Part shown: positions 30,697 through 41,131 of the stretch, in pieces
Position numbering within the stretch: the stretch's first letter is position 1
Layout of the letters: every line of letters starts with the position of its first letter
Position numbers and translations under genes: made by a program
Notes under the pieces: model-generated
The model's database searches: none
Told to the model about the DNA's origin: nothing
The model's input: only the letters and a program-made list of their open reading frames with translations
DNA from: Flavobacteriaceae bacterium
GTDB lineage: Bacteria > Bacteroidota > Bacteroidia > Flavobacteriales > Flavobacteriaceae
Assembly: GCA_022428005.1 (NCBI GenBank)
Contig: JAKMDI010000013.1
Span: 547-64,546, forward strand
DNA: 64,000 nucleotides
Reading direction: 5' to 3'

Positions 30697-32052
30697 TTAA
30701 AGTGTATGGTTTTCATCCCATTGCTCTAAGTAATCTGCCATACTTTTGATGAATTGCCCCCCCATGGCACCATTGATGATTCGGTGGTCATAACTGTGAG
30801 AAATGATCATTTTTTTACGGATGGCAATGGAGTCTCCTTGAGAGGTTTCAATCACGGCTGGCATCTTTCTGATAACGCCCACAGCCACTATACCTACTTG
30901 TGGTTGGTTGATAATTGGGGTACCTGTTAGCGACCCAAAGTTTCCAATATTGGTGAAAGTAAAAGTACCGTCGGTTACCTCATCGGGTTTGAGCTGTTGC
31001 TTCCTGGCACGCAGCGCCAAGTCATTGACGGATTTTGCCAAGCCCACTAAATTTAAATGATCTGCATTTTTGATCACAGGAACAATTAAGTTCCCATCGG
31101 CCATGGCGGCCGCCATGCCAATATTAATGGCTTTCTTTTGAACAATAGTATCACCATCTACAGAACTATTGAGCAAGGGAAAATCTTTTAGCGCCTTGAT
31201 CAGGGCCGTAATCAACAAAGGGGTAAAAGTCAATTTCTCGCCCTCCCTTTCATAAAAATCATTTTTTACTTTTTCCCGCCAATCCCATAAATTGGTCAAA
31301 TCTGCTTCGATAAATGACTGTACGTGGGCAGAAGTTTGCTTGCTGTTGATCATATGACTGGCCGTCAGTTTGGCCATTCTCGACATTTCTATGATCTGGT
31401 CCTCCGCTTTTCTCCGAGCCTCAGGCTTTTGATAGGCCACCGGTCGGGGGGCTTGAGGCTTTAACACTACTTCTTTTCTCTGCTCCAAAAATGAGAGAAC
31501 ATCTTTTTTGGTAATTCTGTTGTTTTTTCCCGTTCCCTCAATTTGCTTTAATTCGGCTGCTGAAATCTGCTCCGCTCGGGCAATACTTTTTACCAAAGGA
31601 GAATAAAATTCGTTCGCATTGGAAGATGCTGGGAATGGCTCAGGATTTTTTTCAAATTCGGGACTCGGATCTTGAAGGGCATAGGTAGGCACCTCCACAG
31701 GGGGAGTATCCTGAGACTCTTCCACGGCAACGGGCTCGAATTCTATAGCCATTTCTTTCTCCACTACCTCCTCAAAAGCAGGCGCTGCCGATTCAACTTC
31801 TGGCGTATCCCCATCGGTTTGTATCACCGCCATAACCTCTCCAATCTGCACCACATCGTTTTCAGAAAACTTCTTTTCAATCAGGATACCACTGACTTCA
31901 CTCGGTACATCAGAATCCACTTTGTCTGTGGCAATTTCAACGATAACGTCATCGACTTCAATGGGGTCACCCACCTCTTTGAGCCACTTGGTTAAAGTAG
32001 CCTCGATCACGCTCTCTCCCATTTTGGGGAGTTTTAAAAAGTGTTTTCCCAT
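30697..32052 (-). CDS. 2-oxo acid dehydrogenase E2 component (dihydrolipoamide acyltransferase)
   Basis: Lipoyl domain (EIATDKVDSDVPS), a peripheral subunit-binding domain (SPLVKSIA) and a catalytic domain (SHSYDHRIINGA). No E1 or E3 gene is adjacent. Confidence 0.88.
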   Translation of the reverse strand: MGKHFLKLPKMGESVIEATLTKWLKEVGDPIEVDDVIVEIATDKVDSDVPSEVSGILIEKKFSENDVVQIGEVMAVIQTDGDTPEVESAAPAFEEVVEKEMAIEFEPVAVEESQDTPPVEVPTYALQDPSPEFEKNPEPFPASSNANEFYSPLVKSIARAEQISAAELKQIEGTGKNNRITKKDVLSFLEQRKEVVLKPQAPRPVAYQKPEARRKAEDQIIEMSRMAKLTASHMINSKQTSAHVQSFIEADLTNLWDWREKVKNDFYEREGEKLTFTPLLITALIKALKDFPLLNSSVDGDTIVQKKAINIGMAAAMADGNLIVPVIKNADHLNLVGLAKSVNDLALRARKQQLKPDEVTDGTFTFTNIGNFGSLTGTPIINQPQVGIVAVGVIRKMPAVIETSQGDSIAIRKKMIISHSYDHRIINGAMGGQFIKSMADYLEQWDENHTL

Positions 32053-32126
32053 TTCTTAAGAAAGTACAAAATTACCAAATTTATAGCGCAATTAAGGGTT
32101 TTTGGTTTAGGGAATACGTGCCGTCC

Positions 32127-32747
32127 CTATTTACTGGCTATGGAGTTTTCATAGGGAACTCTTTTGAGAATACTCCTCCCCAAGGTTACCTCGTCGGTGT
32201 ACTCCAGTTCGTCTCCTACTGGTATTCCCCTCGCAATCGCAGAGGTTTTTACGGTGTAGGGCGACAAAATTTTATACAGGTAAAAGTTGGTAGTATCGGC
32301 CTCCATGGTAGCACTCAAAGCAAAAATAATTTCTTTTATCGTACCTTCTTTTACTTTGTTTTCTAAAGAATCTAAATTGAGATCTTGAGGGCCAATGCCG
32401 TCAATCGGAGATATAATCCCCCCCAAAACATGATAATATCCCTTATACTGTCCCGTATTTTCTATAGCAATGACATCTCTAATGTCTTCTACAACACAAA
32501 GGAGTGATCCGTCTCGGGCAGGATTGGAACATATTTCGCAGAGCGGCAGGTCGGACAGGTTGTGACAGGAAGAACAAAAGTTGATGTGTTCCCTTAAATC
32601 ATTTAAAGCACGTGTTAATTCAAGGGTATTTTCCTTGGGTTGTTTCAGCAAATGCAACGCCAAGCGCAGGGCGGTTCTTTTTCCAATACCGGGCAACTGG
32701 GCAATCTCATTGACTGCATTTTCTAATAGTTTTGAAGGATACTCCAT
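32127..32747 (-). CDS. recR: recombination protein RecR
   Basis: HhH ([13 protein letters not shown]), C4 zinc finger ([16 protein letters not shown]), and a Toprim domain. Confidence 0.95.
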   Translation of the reverse strand: MEYPSKLLENAVNEIAQLPGIGKRTALRLALHLLKQPKENTLELTRALNDLREHINFCSSCHNLSDLPLCEICSNPARDGSLLCVVEDIRDVIAIENTGQYKGYYHVLGGIISPIDGIGPQDLNLDSLENKVKEGTIKEIIFALSATMEADTTNFYLYKILSPYTVKTSAIARGIPVGDELEYTDEVTLGRSILKRVPYENSIASK

Positions 32748-32801
32748 GGCGTAAATTTAAAAATAATTCCCCGCAATGAATTTGTATCTTTAGAGAAGAT
32801 T

Positions 32802-34274
32802 ATGATGAATCCTACTTTCATTCTGATGCTTATACTGGGGTATTTTACTGTGTTGATGGGTATTGCCTATTTCACCAGTATAAATGCAGACAATCAAACT
32901 TTTTTTACAGCCAACCGAAGTTCTCCATGGTATTTAGTTGCCTTTGGTATGGTGGGAGCCTCTCTTTCTGGGGTTACCTTTATTTCTGTTCCCGGCTGGG
33001 TCGGCGATTCAGGGTTTAGCTATTTTCAGGTAGTTTTAGGCTATTGGGCGGGTTATTTTATAGTATCCTTTGTTTTACTCCCGGTTTACTACAAGCAAAA
33101 ACTGACTTCGATCTACGAATACTTAAAAAAGCGTTTTGGAAACAACAGCCACAAAGTAGGCGCGGTTTCTTTTTTTATCTCTCGGGTTTTGGGCGCCAGT
33201 TTTCGCCTTTTTCTCGTGGCCATTGTGTTGCAGCAATTTGTTTTTGACGCCTGGGGTGTCCCTTTTGAAATCACCGTAATCCTCTCCATTATTTTGATCT
33301 GGGTCTACACCCAAAAAGGAGGCATCAAAACCATTGTTTGGACCGATACGCTGCAGACAATGTTGATGCTAATGGCGGTGGGTCTCAGCCTGTATTATAT
33401 CGGTAATGAATTGAACTTGAGTCCTTTTGAGGTCCTTTCAGACCCGCGATTCGATCGATTGACCGAAATCTGGGTTACCGATGATTTTTTGGCCCGTAAT
33501 CATTTCTTAAAGTCATTTATCGGTGGTGTGTTCATCACCATTTGCATGACCGGCTTGGACCAGGACATGATGCAAAAAAATCTCACCTGTATCAACCTTA
33601 AAGCTGCCCAAACCAATATGGTTGTTTTTAGCCTGGTCTTGGTAGTTGTCACTTTTTTGTTTTTGGTATTAGGGGCGATGATCTTCCTGTTTGCTGAGCA
33701 AAATGGCATCGCCATGCCCTTGATGGAGGGCCGTCCCAAAAGTGACCTATTATTTCCAGAAGTTGCCCTCTATGGGGGCTTGGGAATTGGCGTGGGCATT
33801 ATCTTTTTATTGGGACTTATAGCTGCAGCCTACAGCAGTGCTGACAGTGCGCTGACCTCATTGACCACCTCTTTTTGTATCGACTTCTTGAAATGGGATC
33901 AAAAGGATGAAAAACAGCAGAAGATCATACGAAGAAAAACCCACCTGGGCATGAGTGTGCTGCTGATTGTGGTGGTGATTTTATTTAAATATGTACTGGA
34001 CCGCAATGTCATCGATGGTTTACTGACGGTCGCCTCCTATACCTATGGTCCTCTGCTGGGCTTGTTCGCCTTTGGAATTTTCACCCCTTTTCAGATCGAC
34101 GACCGCAAAGTTTGGTATGTTGTTTCGCTGTCCATACTCTTAATCATATTGTTGGGCAACCTTCCTCCCACTGCACTAGGGGGGTATCAGATCGGTTATG
34201 AACTACTTCCCATCAATGGGCTTTTGACTTTTGTGGGATTGCTGCTCATAAAAAGTAAAAAAACTACCACCTGA
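32802..34274 (+). CDS. sodium:solute symporter (SSS) family transporter
   Basis: About 13 hydrophobic segments with SSS-like N-terminal pattern. Substrate not inferable. Confidence 0.75.
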   Translation: MMNPTFILMLILGYFTVLMGIAYFTSINADNQTFFTANRSSPWYLVAFGMVGASLSGVTFISVPGWVGDSGFSYFQVVLGYWAGYFIVSFVLLPVYYKQKLTSIYEYLKKRFGNNSHKVGAVSFFISRVLGASFRLFLVAIVLQQFVFDAWGVPFEITVILSIILIWVYTQKGGIKTIVWTDTLQTMLMLMAVGLSLYYIGNELNLSPFEVLSDPRFDRLTEIWVTDDFLARNHFLKSFIGGVFITICMTGLDQDMMQKNLTCINLKAAQTNMVVFSLVLVVVTFLFLVLGAMIFLFAEQNGIAMPLMEGRPKSDLLFPEVALYGGLGIGVGIIFLLGLIAAAYSSADSALTSLTTSFCIDFLKWDQKDEKQQKIIRRKTHLGMSVLLIVVVILFKYVLDRNVIDGLLTVASYTYGPLLGLFAFGIFTPFQIDDRKVWYVVSLSILLIILLGNLPPTALGGYQIGYELLPINGLLTFVGLLLIKSKKTTT

Positions 34275-35271
34275 TCAAGGCACTGCCCCAAGTGAAACCG
34301 CTACCGAAAGCTGCCAAAACCACTAAATCTCCCGATTTAATTTTTCCCGCTTCCCAAGCTTCTGTCATCGCTATGGGGATGGATCCCGCCGTGGTATTTC
34401 CATAACGCATGATGTTGTTGTACACCTGATCGTCTGTCAATCCAAATTTCTTTTGTATAAACTGTGAAATCCTAAGATTGGCCTGGTGGGGAATCAACAT
34501 GTCTATTTGATCTGGGGTCATTTGATTTTCTTGTAAGCCCTCCATGATGACCTCTGAAAAACGAACTACAGCATTTTTAAATACCAGTTGTCCGTTCATA
34601 TAGGGATAATAGGAGGTATCCTCCGCATCATTGGCAGCCATAATCTCAGGAACCCAGCGCCGGGTACTCGGACCAATCAGGGACAACTCCTCGGCATATT
34701 TTCCTTCAGAATGCAAATGGGTGGAGAGAATTCCAGTTTCCTCCGAAGAGGACCGACTGAGAACAAGAGCACCAGCACCATCGCCAAAAATCACAGATAC
34801 CCCTCTCCCTCTTGTCGTCATGTCCAAACCTCCTGAATGATTTTCAGATCCAATAATTAAGATGTTTTTATACATCCCCGTTTTGATAAACTGATCGGCA
34901 GTAGACAAAGCGTAAATAAATCCCGAACACTGATTTCGAATGTCCATGGCCGGACAGGTGGGGATGTCCAACTCTTTTTGTACAATGACCCCAGATCCTG
35001 GAAAATAATAATCTGGACTCAGGGTTGCAAAAAGGATAAGTTCTATGTCGTTTTTATCTATCCCGGAACGTTCAATAGCAATTCGGGAGGCCTTCACTCC
35101 CATGGTAGCGGTGGTATTCCCATCACCTTTTTTTATATGGCGCCGCGATTCTATGCCTGTTCTCTCCAAAATCCACTCGTGGGAAGTATCCATCAATGCG
35201 GTTAAATCTCGGTTGGTTATTTCATTCTCGGGCACATACATGCCCATTCCCGTAATCTTCGACTTATACAT
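34264..35271 (-). CDS. fabH: 3-oxoacyl-ACP synthase III
   Basis: Active-site Cys context NQCSGFIYAL, HQANLRI, GNTTAGSIP, GFTWGS. Confidence 0.9.
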   Translation of the reverse strand: MYKSKITGMGMYVPENEITNRDLTALMDTSHEWILERTGIESRRHIKKGDGNTTATMGVKASRIAIERSGIDKNDIELILFATLSPDYYFPGSGVIVQKELDIPTCPAMDIRNQCSGFIYALSTADQFIKTGMYKNILIIGSENHSGGLDMTTRGRGVSVIFGDGAGALVLSRSSSEETGILSTHLHSEGKYAEELSLIGPSTRRWVPEIMAANDAEDTSYYPYMNGQLVFKNAVVRFSEVIMEGLQENQMTPDQIDMLIPHQANLRISQFIQKKFGLTDDQVYNNIMRYGNTTAGSIPIAMTEAWEAGKIKSGDLVVLAAFGSGFTWGSALIRW

Positions 35272-35420
35272 AGTTCAGTTTCTTTAATTGCAATTTAAAT
35301 AAAGATAATTGAACCAAATATCATTTAAAAATAGAATTGCCCATTGGAGTAATAAAACGCATAAATTAGGCGAATATCTGGGTTGGTTTTTAACTGTGGG
35401 AAAATATTTTTTTAGCGAAA

Positions 35421-36380
35421 TCAGTAAGGAAGAATTACTTTATCAATAAGGTGCATCACTCCGTTGTTGGCTTGGATGTCCGGAAAGGTAATGTTGGCAG
35501 TTCTGGCGTTTCCATCGGTCAGTGAGGCCCCATCAGAAACATTGGCAGTGAGCTCTCCACCGAGAGTACTAATGGTTAGGTTATCGGTCAGGTCTGCAGA
35601 AAGCACATTCGAATCCAATACCACATGATGGTCTAAAGTCGCTTTGAGCGTAGGCTCATCGATGTCTATCAGATAGGAGAGCTCGAGTTCCGATAATACT
35701 TTTATAAATGCCTGATTGGTGGGTGCAAAAACAGTAAACGGAGCAGATGCATTTTCAACGCTGAGGATCTCGATATAATCTTCAGTTAAATCACTTCGGG
35801 TGAGTGCGAGGGCAAGATTGTAAAGTTCAGGGTCGGACACTACAAAAGTTACCAGAGAGGGAATTGGGATAATATTATCCACCGCATGGATGATCCCGTT
35901 GGTCGTTCGGACATTTCCTTGAACAATTCTGGCCGAACCATTCAACCTAACACGCATACTGACCTGATTGATGTAAAGGGACAGAGGAAGGTCATTCACA
36001 GCGCTGGTGGCTTGGGTCTGAAAATAGCCTGTCACAAAATTCCGATATTCTTTTTGACCCGCCATCACATGATTGAGCAGGAGCTGTCTTAGCAAGTCGG
36101 TAGGGACCTCCTCAACACTAGAATATCCATTTTCCATTAAAAATACGATGAACGCATCATTGTCTGGAGCAAAAAGTGTATAAGGGCCTTCACCGCTCAA
36201 AACAACATCGAGCTCTGTTTTCTGCAAGGCATAGCTCAGATATGAATATCCCATACTGGTGGAGATGGTCTCAAAAATCGTTTTTTCTTGAGGGAGGTCA
36301 TCATCTGTTGTGCCCTTGGAGCAGGAAAATAAAAAAACGAATACCAGAAGAAAGGACAGAATTTTAATATTTTTCAACAT
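35421..36380 (-). CDS. lipoprotein with two fasciclin (FAS1) domains
   Basis: Lipobox LFSCSK. Two FAS1 signatures: TLFAPDNDAF...NGIIHAVDNII and TVFAPTNQAF...NGVMHLIDKVILP. Confidence 0.85.
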   Translation of the reverse strand: MLKNIKILSFLLVFVFLFSCSKGTTDDDLPQEKTIFETISTSMGYSYLSYALQKTELDVVLSGEGPYTLFAPDNDAFIVFLMENGYSSVEEVPTDLLRQLLLNHVMAGQKEYRNFVTGYFQTQATSAVNDLPLSLYINQVSMRVRLNGSARIVQGNVRTTNGIIHAVDNIIPIPSLVTFVVSDPELYNLALALTRSDLTEDYIEILSVENASAPFTVFAPTNQAFIKVLSELELSYLIDIDEPTLKATLDHHVVLDSNVLSADLTDNLTISTLGGELTANVSDGASLTDGNARTANITFPDIQANNGVMHLIDKVILPY

Positions 36381-36393
36381 GGAAATAATTGTT

Positions 36394-37731
36394 TTATGGG
36401 CAATATTTTCTGAAGGATTCGGTGTCTACTTTCGCATTGAGGTCGTTGAGCAAAGTGTAGAGCCCAAAAAAAGTTCGATTCATGTAGATAAAATGTTTTG
36501 ACCCCCTGTTGCCATTCATCTTTCTCAATTTTTGATCAGAAGAAAGCAATTGGCTGAGTTCGTTTATTTCGTCCCAAAAAGCAGGCGCTCCAAAATCAAA
36601 GGCACGGTGGCTGAAAGGCATCGTTAATATTTTGATCAGTCTTCCAAACAGGGCCGTAAAATAGGCCAACTCCTCTGGGGTATCGTCTGATCTTAGGATT
36701 TCTAATTCCATTAGTATGGACTGAAAACGGTCTGGGTTATCGTCGATTTCCAATTCGGACAATTCAAAGTAGGGACCGTAAAAAGAATCTGGAATAGATT
36801 TTACACAACCAAAATCCAGCGCCACCAAATTCAACTCCTTATCGATTAAAAAGTTTCCGGGATGCGGGTCGGCATGAACCTTTTTGAGTTGGTGAATTTG
36901 AAACATATAAAAATCCCACAAGGTTTGCCCCAAGCGGTCGTTATCGGCCTGACTGTGGACTTCTTTGGCAATGTACTCAGAAACGTGCAGCCCTTCCATC
37001 CAATCCATGGTCAATATTTTTTGGGTGGAATACGCCGGATAATATTTGGGAAATTTTAGGTCAGGAATGACTTTGCACTGCTCCGCGATCCACTCACTTT
37101 GCTGGAGCTCCAATTGGTAATCGGTCTCCTCCAACAGTTTGTCTTCTACCTCCTTAAAATACTTGTCGGTATCTTGGCCCCTGAGGTTAAACATTTTTAG
37201 GGCGATGGGTTTGACCAAACTCAAGTCGGAACTGATACTGTCTGCTACCCCAGGATATTGAATTTTCACAGCAAGTTTTTTCCCATCTTTAGTTGCCTGG
37301 TGTACCTGACCGATACTGGCGGCATTTTCTGATTGGGCAGCAAACGTATCAAAAACCGATTCGGGATTGGCGCCCAAATTTTTTTGGACCACTTTTTTTA
37401 CCAATGGCCATGACAAAGGAGGAACGGAAAACTGTGCCAAACTAAATTGCTCTACATACGCTTTGGGCAACAGGTTTTTCTCCATACTCAACATCTGGGC
37501 CACCTTGAGTGCACTTCCTTTGAGTGTTTTTAGCGAATTGTAAATGTCCTTGGCATTGTCTTCATCCAGTTGGGCCCTGGAGTCCTCGCCTTTAAGCGCT
37601 TTCACGCCGTAGTATTTTAGATAATTTCCCCCTAATTTTATGCCCGTACTCACCAAATTCCCTGCTCTTGCAATTTTATTGGTAGGGATATAATCTAATG
37701 TCTTCAAGAGGCCGCGAATTTTTCTTTCCAC
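36394..37731 (-). CDS. ABC1/UbiB-family atypical kinase
   Basis: AASIGQVHQA, KIQYPG, and HADPHPGNFLI followed by LDFG. GTG start overlaps the upstream gene by 28 nt. Confidence 0.85.
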   Translation of the reverse strand: MERKIRGLLKTLDYIPTNKIARAGNLVSTGIKLGGNYLKYYGVKALKGEDSRAQLDEDNAKDIYNSLKTLKGSALKVAQMLSMEKNLLPKAYVEQFSLAQFSVPPLSWPLVKKVVQKNLGANPESVFDTFAAQSENAASIGQVHQATKDGKKLAVKIQYPGVADSISSDLSLVKPIALKMFNLRGQDTDKYFKEVEDKLLEETDYQLELQQSEWIAEQCKVIPDLKFPKYYPAYSTQKILTMDWMEGLHVSEYIAKEVHSQADNDRLGQTLWDFYMFQIHQLKKVHADPHPGNFLIDKELNLVALDFGCVKSIPDSFYGPYFELSELEIDDNPDRFQSILMELEILRSDDTPEELAYFTALFGRLIKILTMPFSHRAFDFGAPAFWDEINELSQLLSSDQKLRKMNGNRGSKHFIYMNRTFFGLYTLLNDLNAKVDTESFRKYCP

Positions 37732-38357
37732 AAAAATTTCCCAAAATCAACCAAGGCCGACAGGGGGGTGTTCTCAAACACATCAAAAGCTGTTTGAACT
37801 GACTTTTCTATGGCCTGATCTGTTTTTTCAAAATCTGGAGAGGTATCGTCGGTCCAAAATTTGAGTAAAAAACAAAGCTGTACCCAAGCCGCCTCCGAGA
37901 ATAACTTTGGGGGATGCTGTAAATAGGAAGGCTTGTTCTCATTCCCATCCTCTATTAGTTCCGTTGCAAAAGCTTTGAATATTTTTTTTAACGCAGCCAA
38001 ATCAGCCATTTTGCCCATCATGCGCTCCTGACCTGAAAGGGAAAAAAGCACATAGCTTCTGTTGAGTAATAGCACTTCAAAAAAAGTAAAATAAAATGAC
38101 AGCAGCCTGTCTTTTGGCGTCGCAGTTTTAAAGTTCTCGTCTTTCTCCAAAAGCGACATCACATTGTCATAAAATGATTCCCATACTATCGCCCTAACTG
38201 CATTTAAAGATCCGAAATACTTATAGAACAGTTTTTCATCCTTTTTGGTGTCCTTACAAAATTTATAAACGGACATAGGGTACTGATCTCGATCCAAAGT
38301 ATACTCCATAAAAGCAGCCATAATGGCCATTCGCTCTTTGTTCTCTTTTTGACTCAT
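37704..38357 (-). CDS. TetR-like regulator (N-terminal HTH resemblance only)
   Basis: SVYKFCKDTKKDEKLFYKYFGSLNAV resembles the TetR HTH and FYxYF motif. The rest is helical. Tentative. Confidence 0.5.
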   Translation of the reverse strand: MSQKENKERMAIMAAFMEYTLDRDQYPMSVYKFCKDTKKDEKLFYKYFGSLNAVRAIVWESFYDNVMSLLEKDENFKTATPKDRLLSFYFTFFEVLLLNRSYVLFSLSGQERMMGKMADLAALKKIFKAFATELIEDGNENKPSYLQHPPKLFSEAAWVQLCFLLKFWTDDTSPDFEKTDQAIEKSVQTAFDVFENTPLSALVDFGKFLWKEKFAAS

Positions 38358-38490
38358 TTTCTATTGATATTTTACGTAAAAATACAATTTGTTTATTTAT
38401 TCTAAAAAAAACTTAAACATTAAATAATGCCAATATGTCATTTTTTTGAATTTGGTATTTTTTTTGTCCTTAATTGAGAAAATTATAACA

Positions 38491-40368
38491 ATGGCAAATG
38501 GCAAAATAAACGTAGCAGTAGAGAATATTTTTCCGCTGATCAAGAAATTCCTTTATAGCGATCACGAAATATTTTTACGGGAACTGATTTCAAATGCAAC
38601 TGATGCGATCAGTAAACTCCAACACCTGAGCAGCATCGGAGCGGTTAAAGGAGAAATTGGAGCGCCCCGAATTGAAGTTAAGATTGACAAAAAAAGTAAA
38701 AAAATCCACATCATCGACCAAGGGGTGGGGATGACCACTGACGAGGTAAACAAATACATCAACGAAGTCGCTTTCTCTGGCGCTGAGGAGTTTTTAGAAA
38801 AATACAAAGAAGAAGCCAAAGACTCGGGCATCATCGGCCATTTTGGTCTTGGTTTTTACTCCGCTTTTATGGTGGCCGAAAAGGTGGAAATTATTTCCAA
38901 ATCCCACATGGATGCTCCTGCAGCACATTGGACTTGTGACGGTTCCCCAGAATATACCCTGGTGGAAGCAGATAAAAAAGATCGGGGGACAGAAATTATC
39001 CTTCACATTGCAAAAGACTCTAAAGAATTCCTGGAAGAAGAGCGCATTCGAACCTTACTGAACAAGTACAACAAATTCATGCCTTATCCCATCAAGTTTG
39101 GGACCAAAGAAGAAACACTTCCACTGCCAGAGGGTGCAAAAGAAGATGCAAAACCCGAAACCCAAACGGTAGACAACATCATCAACAACACCCAACCTGC
39201 GTGGACCAAAGCCCCCACCGATCTCAAAGAGGAAGACTACAAATCGTTCTACCGAGAGTTGTACCCCATGCAATTCGAAGCGCCTTTGTTCAACATTCAC
39301 CTAAATGTCGACTACCCCTTTAACCTCACTGGAATCCTTTACTTTCCAAAAATTCAAAATGACCTCAACCTCCAAAAAGACCGCATTCAACTCTATCAAA
39401 ATCAGGTCTTTGTTACCGACAACGTCGAAGGCATTGTTCCCGAGTTTTTAACCATGCTCCGCGGGGTCATTGACTCCCCCGACATACCGTTGAATGTATC
39501 CCGAAGTTATCTGCAAGCCGATGGAGCGGTAAAGAAAATCAGCAATTACATCAGTCGTAAGGTAGCCGATAAACTGAGTTCCTTGTTCAAAAAAGACCGC
39601 AAAAACTTTGAAGAAAAATGGAACGACATCAAAGTGGTTATTGAATACGGTATGCTCACCGAGGATAAATTCTACGAAAAGGCAGGGAAATTTATGCTCT
39701 ACCCTACCACCGATGGAGAATACCTGACCTACGAGGAATTGGAAGCCGCTGTCAAAGACAGCCAAACCGACAAGGACGGGAAGCTGGTTTTCCTCTATGC
39801 CGCCAATGCCGAAGAGCAACACAGCTATATCGAATCGGCCAAAGAAAAAGGTTATAAGGTGCTCCTACTGGATTCCCCCATCATCGCTCACCTGATCCAA
39901 AAACTGGAAGGTGAAAAAGAGAACATTTCCTTTAGCAGGGTGGATGGTGACGCCATTGAAAACCTCATCAAAAAAGACGAAGCAACGGTTTCAAAATTAT
40001 CGGATGAAGAAAAGGAAACCCTCAAGCCCATGATCGAAGCGGTGGTCCCTGGAGAACAATATACCGTTCAGTTAGCAGCCATGGACAGCGGAGGCCTGCC
40101 CTTTGTTCTCACTCAACCGGAGTTTATGCGGCGGATGAAAGAAATGCAGCAAACCGGTGGAGGCATGATGGGCGCCTTTCCCGAAATGTATACCCTCTTG
40201 GTGAACACCAACCACGAATTAGTAGGGCAAATCCTACAGACCAAGACCGCAAAAAAACGAGATCGCCTGATCCAGCAAGCTTTGGATTTGGCACGGCTGT
40301 CGCAAAACCTTTTAAAAGGAGAAGCGCTGACCACTTTTATCAAGCGGTCTGTTGACTTGATCAAATAA
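38491..40368 (+). CDS. htpG: molecular chaperone HtpG (Hsp90)
   Basis: ELISNATDA, GHFGLGFYSAFMVA, NVSRSYLQ. ATG at 38491 (MANGKINV...) preferred over the upstream alternative start at 38446. Confidence 0.95.
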   Translation: MANGKINVAVENIFPLIKKFLYSDHEIFLRELISNATDAISKLQHLSSIGAVKGEIGAPRIEVKIDKKSKKIHIIDQGVGMTTDEVNKYINEVAFSGAEEFLEKYKEEAKDSGIIGHFGLGFYSAFMVAEKVEIISKSHMDAPAAHWTCDGSPEYTLVEADKKDRGTEIILHIAKDSKEFLEEERIRTLLNKYNKFMPYPIKFGTKEETLPLPEGAKEDAKPETQTVDNIINNTQPAWTKAPTDLKEEDYKSFYRELYPMQFEAPLFNIHLNVDYPFNLTGILYFPKIQNDLNLQKDRIQLYQNQVFVTDNVEGIVPEFLTMLRGVIDSPDIPLNVSRSYLQADGAVKKISNYISRKVADKLSSLFKKDRKNFEEKWNDIKVVIEYGMLTEDKFYEKAGKFMLYPTTDGEYLTYEELEAAVKDSQTDKDGKLVFLYAANAEEQHSYIESAKEKGYKVLLLDSPIIAHLIQKLEGEKENISFSRVDGDAIENLIKKDEATVSKLSDEEKETLKPMIEAVVPGEQYTVQLAAMDSGGLPFVLTQPEFMRRMKEMQQTGGGMMGAFPEMYTLLVNTNHELVGQILQTKTAKKRDRLIQQALDLARLSQNLLKGEALTTFIKRSVDLIK

Positions 40369-40386
40369 TATTTTTTCTCGCGAATA

Positions 40387-40421
40387 AAATCCCTTGTTTT
40401 TATAAACAGGGGATTTTTTTT
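40387..40421 (+). terminator. intrinsic terminator of htpG
   Basis: 13-bp stem AAATCCCTTGTTT / AAACAGGGGATTT (one G-U pair), 4-nt loop, followed by a T-run. Confidence 0.8.
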
Positions 40422-40498
40422 GTAGCTTCACTAAAGGGCCAAACCAACATACCTGCCGACACCTTGCCCAGGACCACTCAACAATAACAAAATATGCT

Positions 40499-41074
40499 AT
40501 GGACTTAACCCCAATTATGATGCATCAAAACTATCTCAACAGTGCCCTAAAGCAATTCGGGTATTATAAAACCTTGGGAGAAAGAACCTTTGATCAACTA
40601 AATGAAAAGCAATTGTTCTAGCAATACAATAGTGAAAGTAATTCCATTGCGATCATCATCAACCACCTCTGGGGAAATATGAAATCCAGGTGGACGGATT
40701 TTTTAACCTCAGACGGTGAAAAAAAATGGCGTAAAAGAGACTTGGAATTTGAAACCCAAATAGAATCTAAGGAGAAATTAATGGCGAAATGGGAAACCGG
40801 GTGGACTTGTCTTTTCGAAGCGCTTCAAACTATAAATGATAAAAACTTCCAGACCGAAATTTTTATCAGAAACCAAAGCCACAGCATTCCAGATGCGGTC
40901 AACCGACAAATGATGCATTACGCCTACCACATCGGTCAGGTGGTCTATTTGGGGCGGATGATCAAAGCAGAAAAATGGAAAAACCTCTCTGTAGAAAAAG
41001 GTGGCTCCACAGCCTACAACCACAAGAAAAACAGTCAGGGAGAACACCGAGGTCATTTTACAGACGATATTTAG
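40499..41074 (+). pseudogene. DinB-like DUF1572-family gene interrupted by an in-frame TAG (codon 41)
   Basis: Hand translation gives MDLTPIMMHQNYLNSALKQFGYYKTLGERTFDQLNEKQLF*QYNSESNSIAIIINHLWGNMKSRWTDFLTSDGEKKWRKRDLEFE..., in frame with tracked ORF 40679-41074. TAG lies at 40619-40621. Confidence 0.7.
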
Positions 41075-41131
41075 CAAGCACTGTTTTTAAAGTCCGCCGG
41101 CTTTGAGTTAAAAAAATCTTTAATTTTGGGT

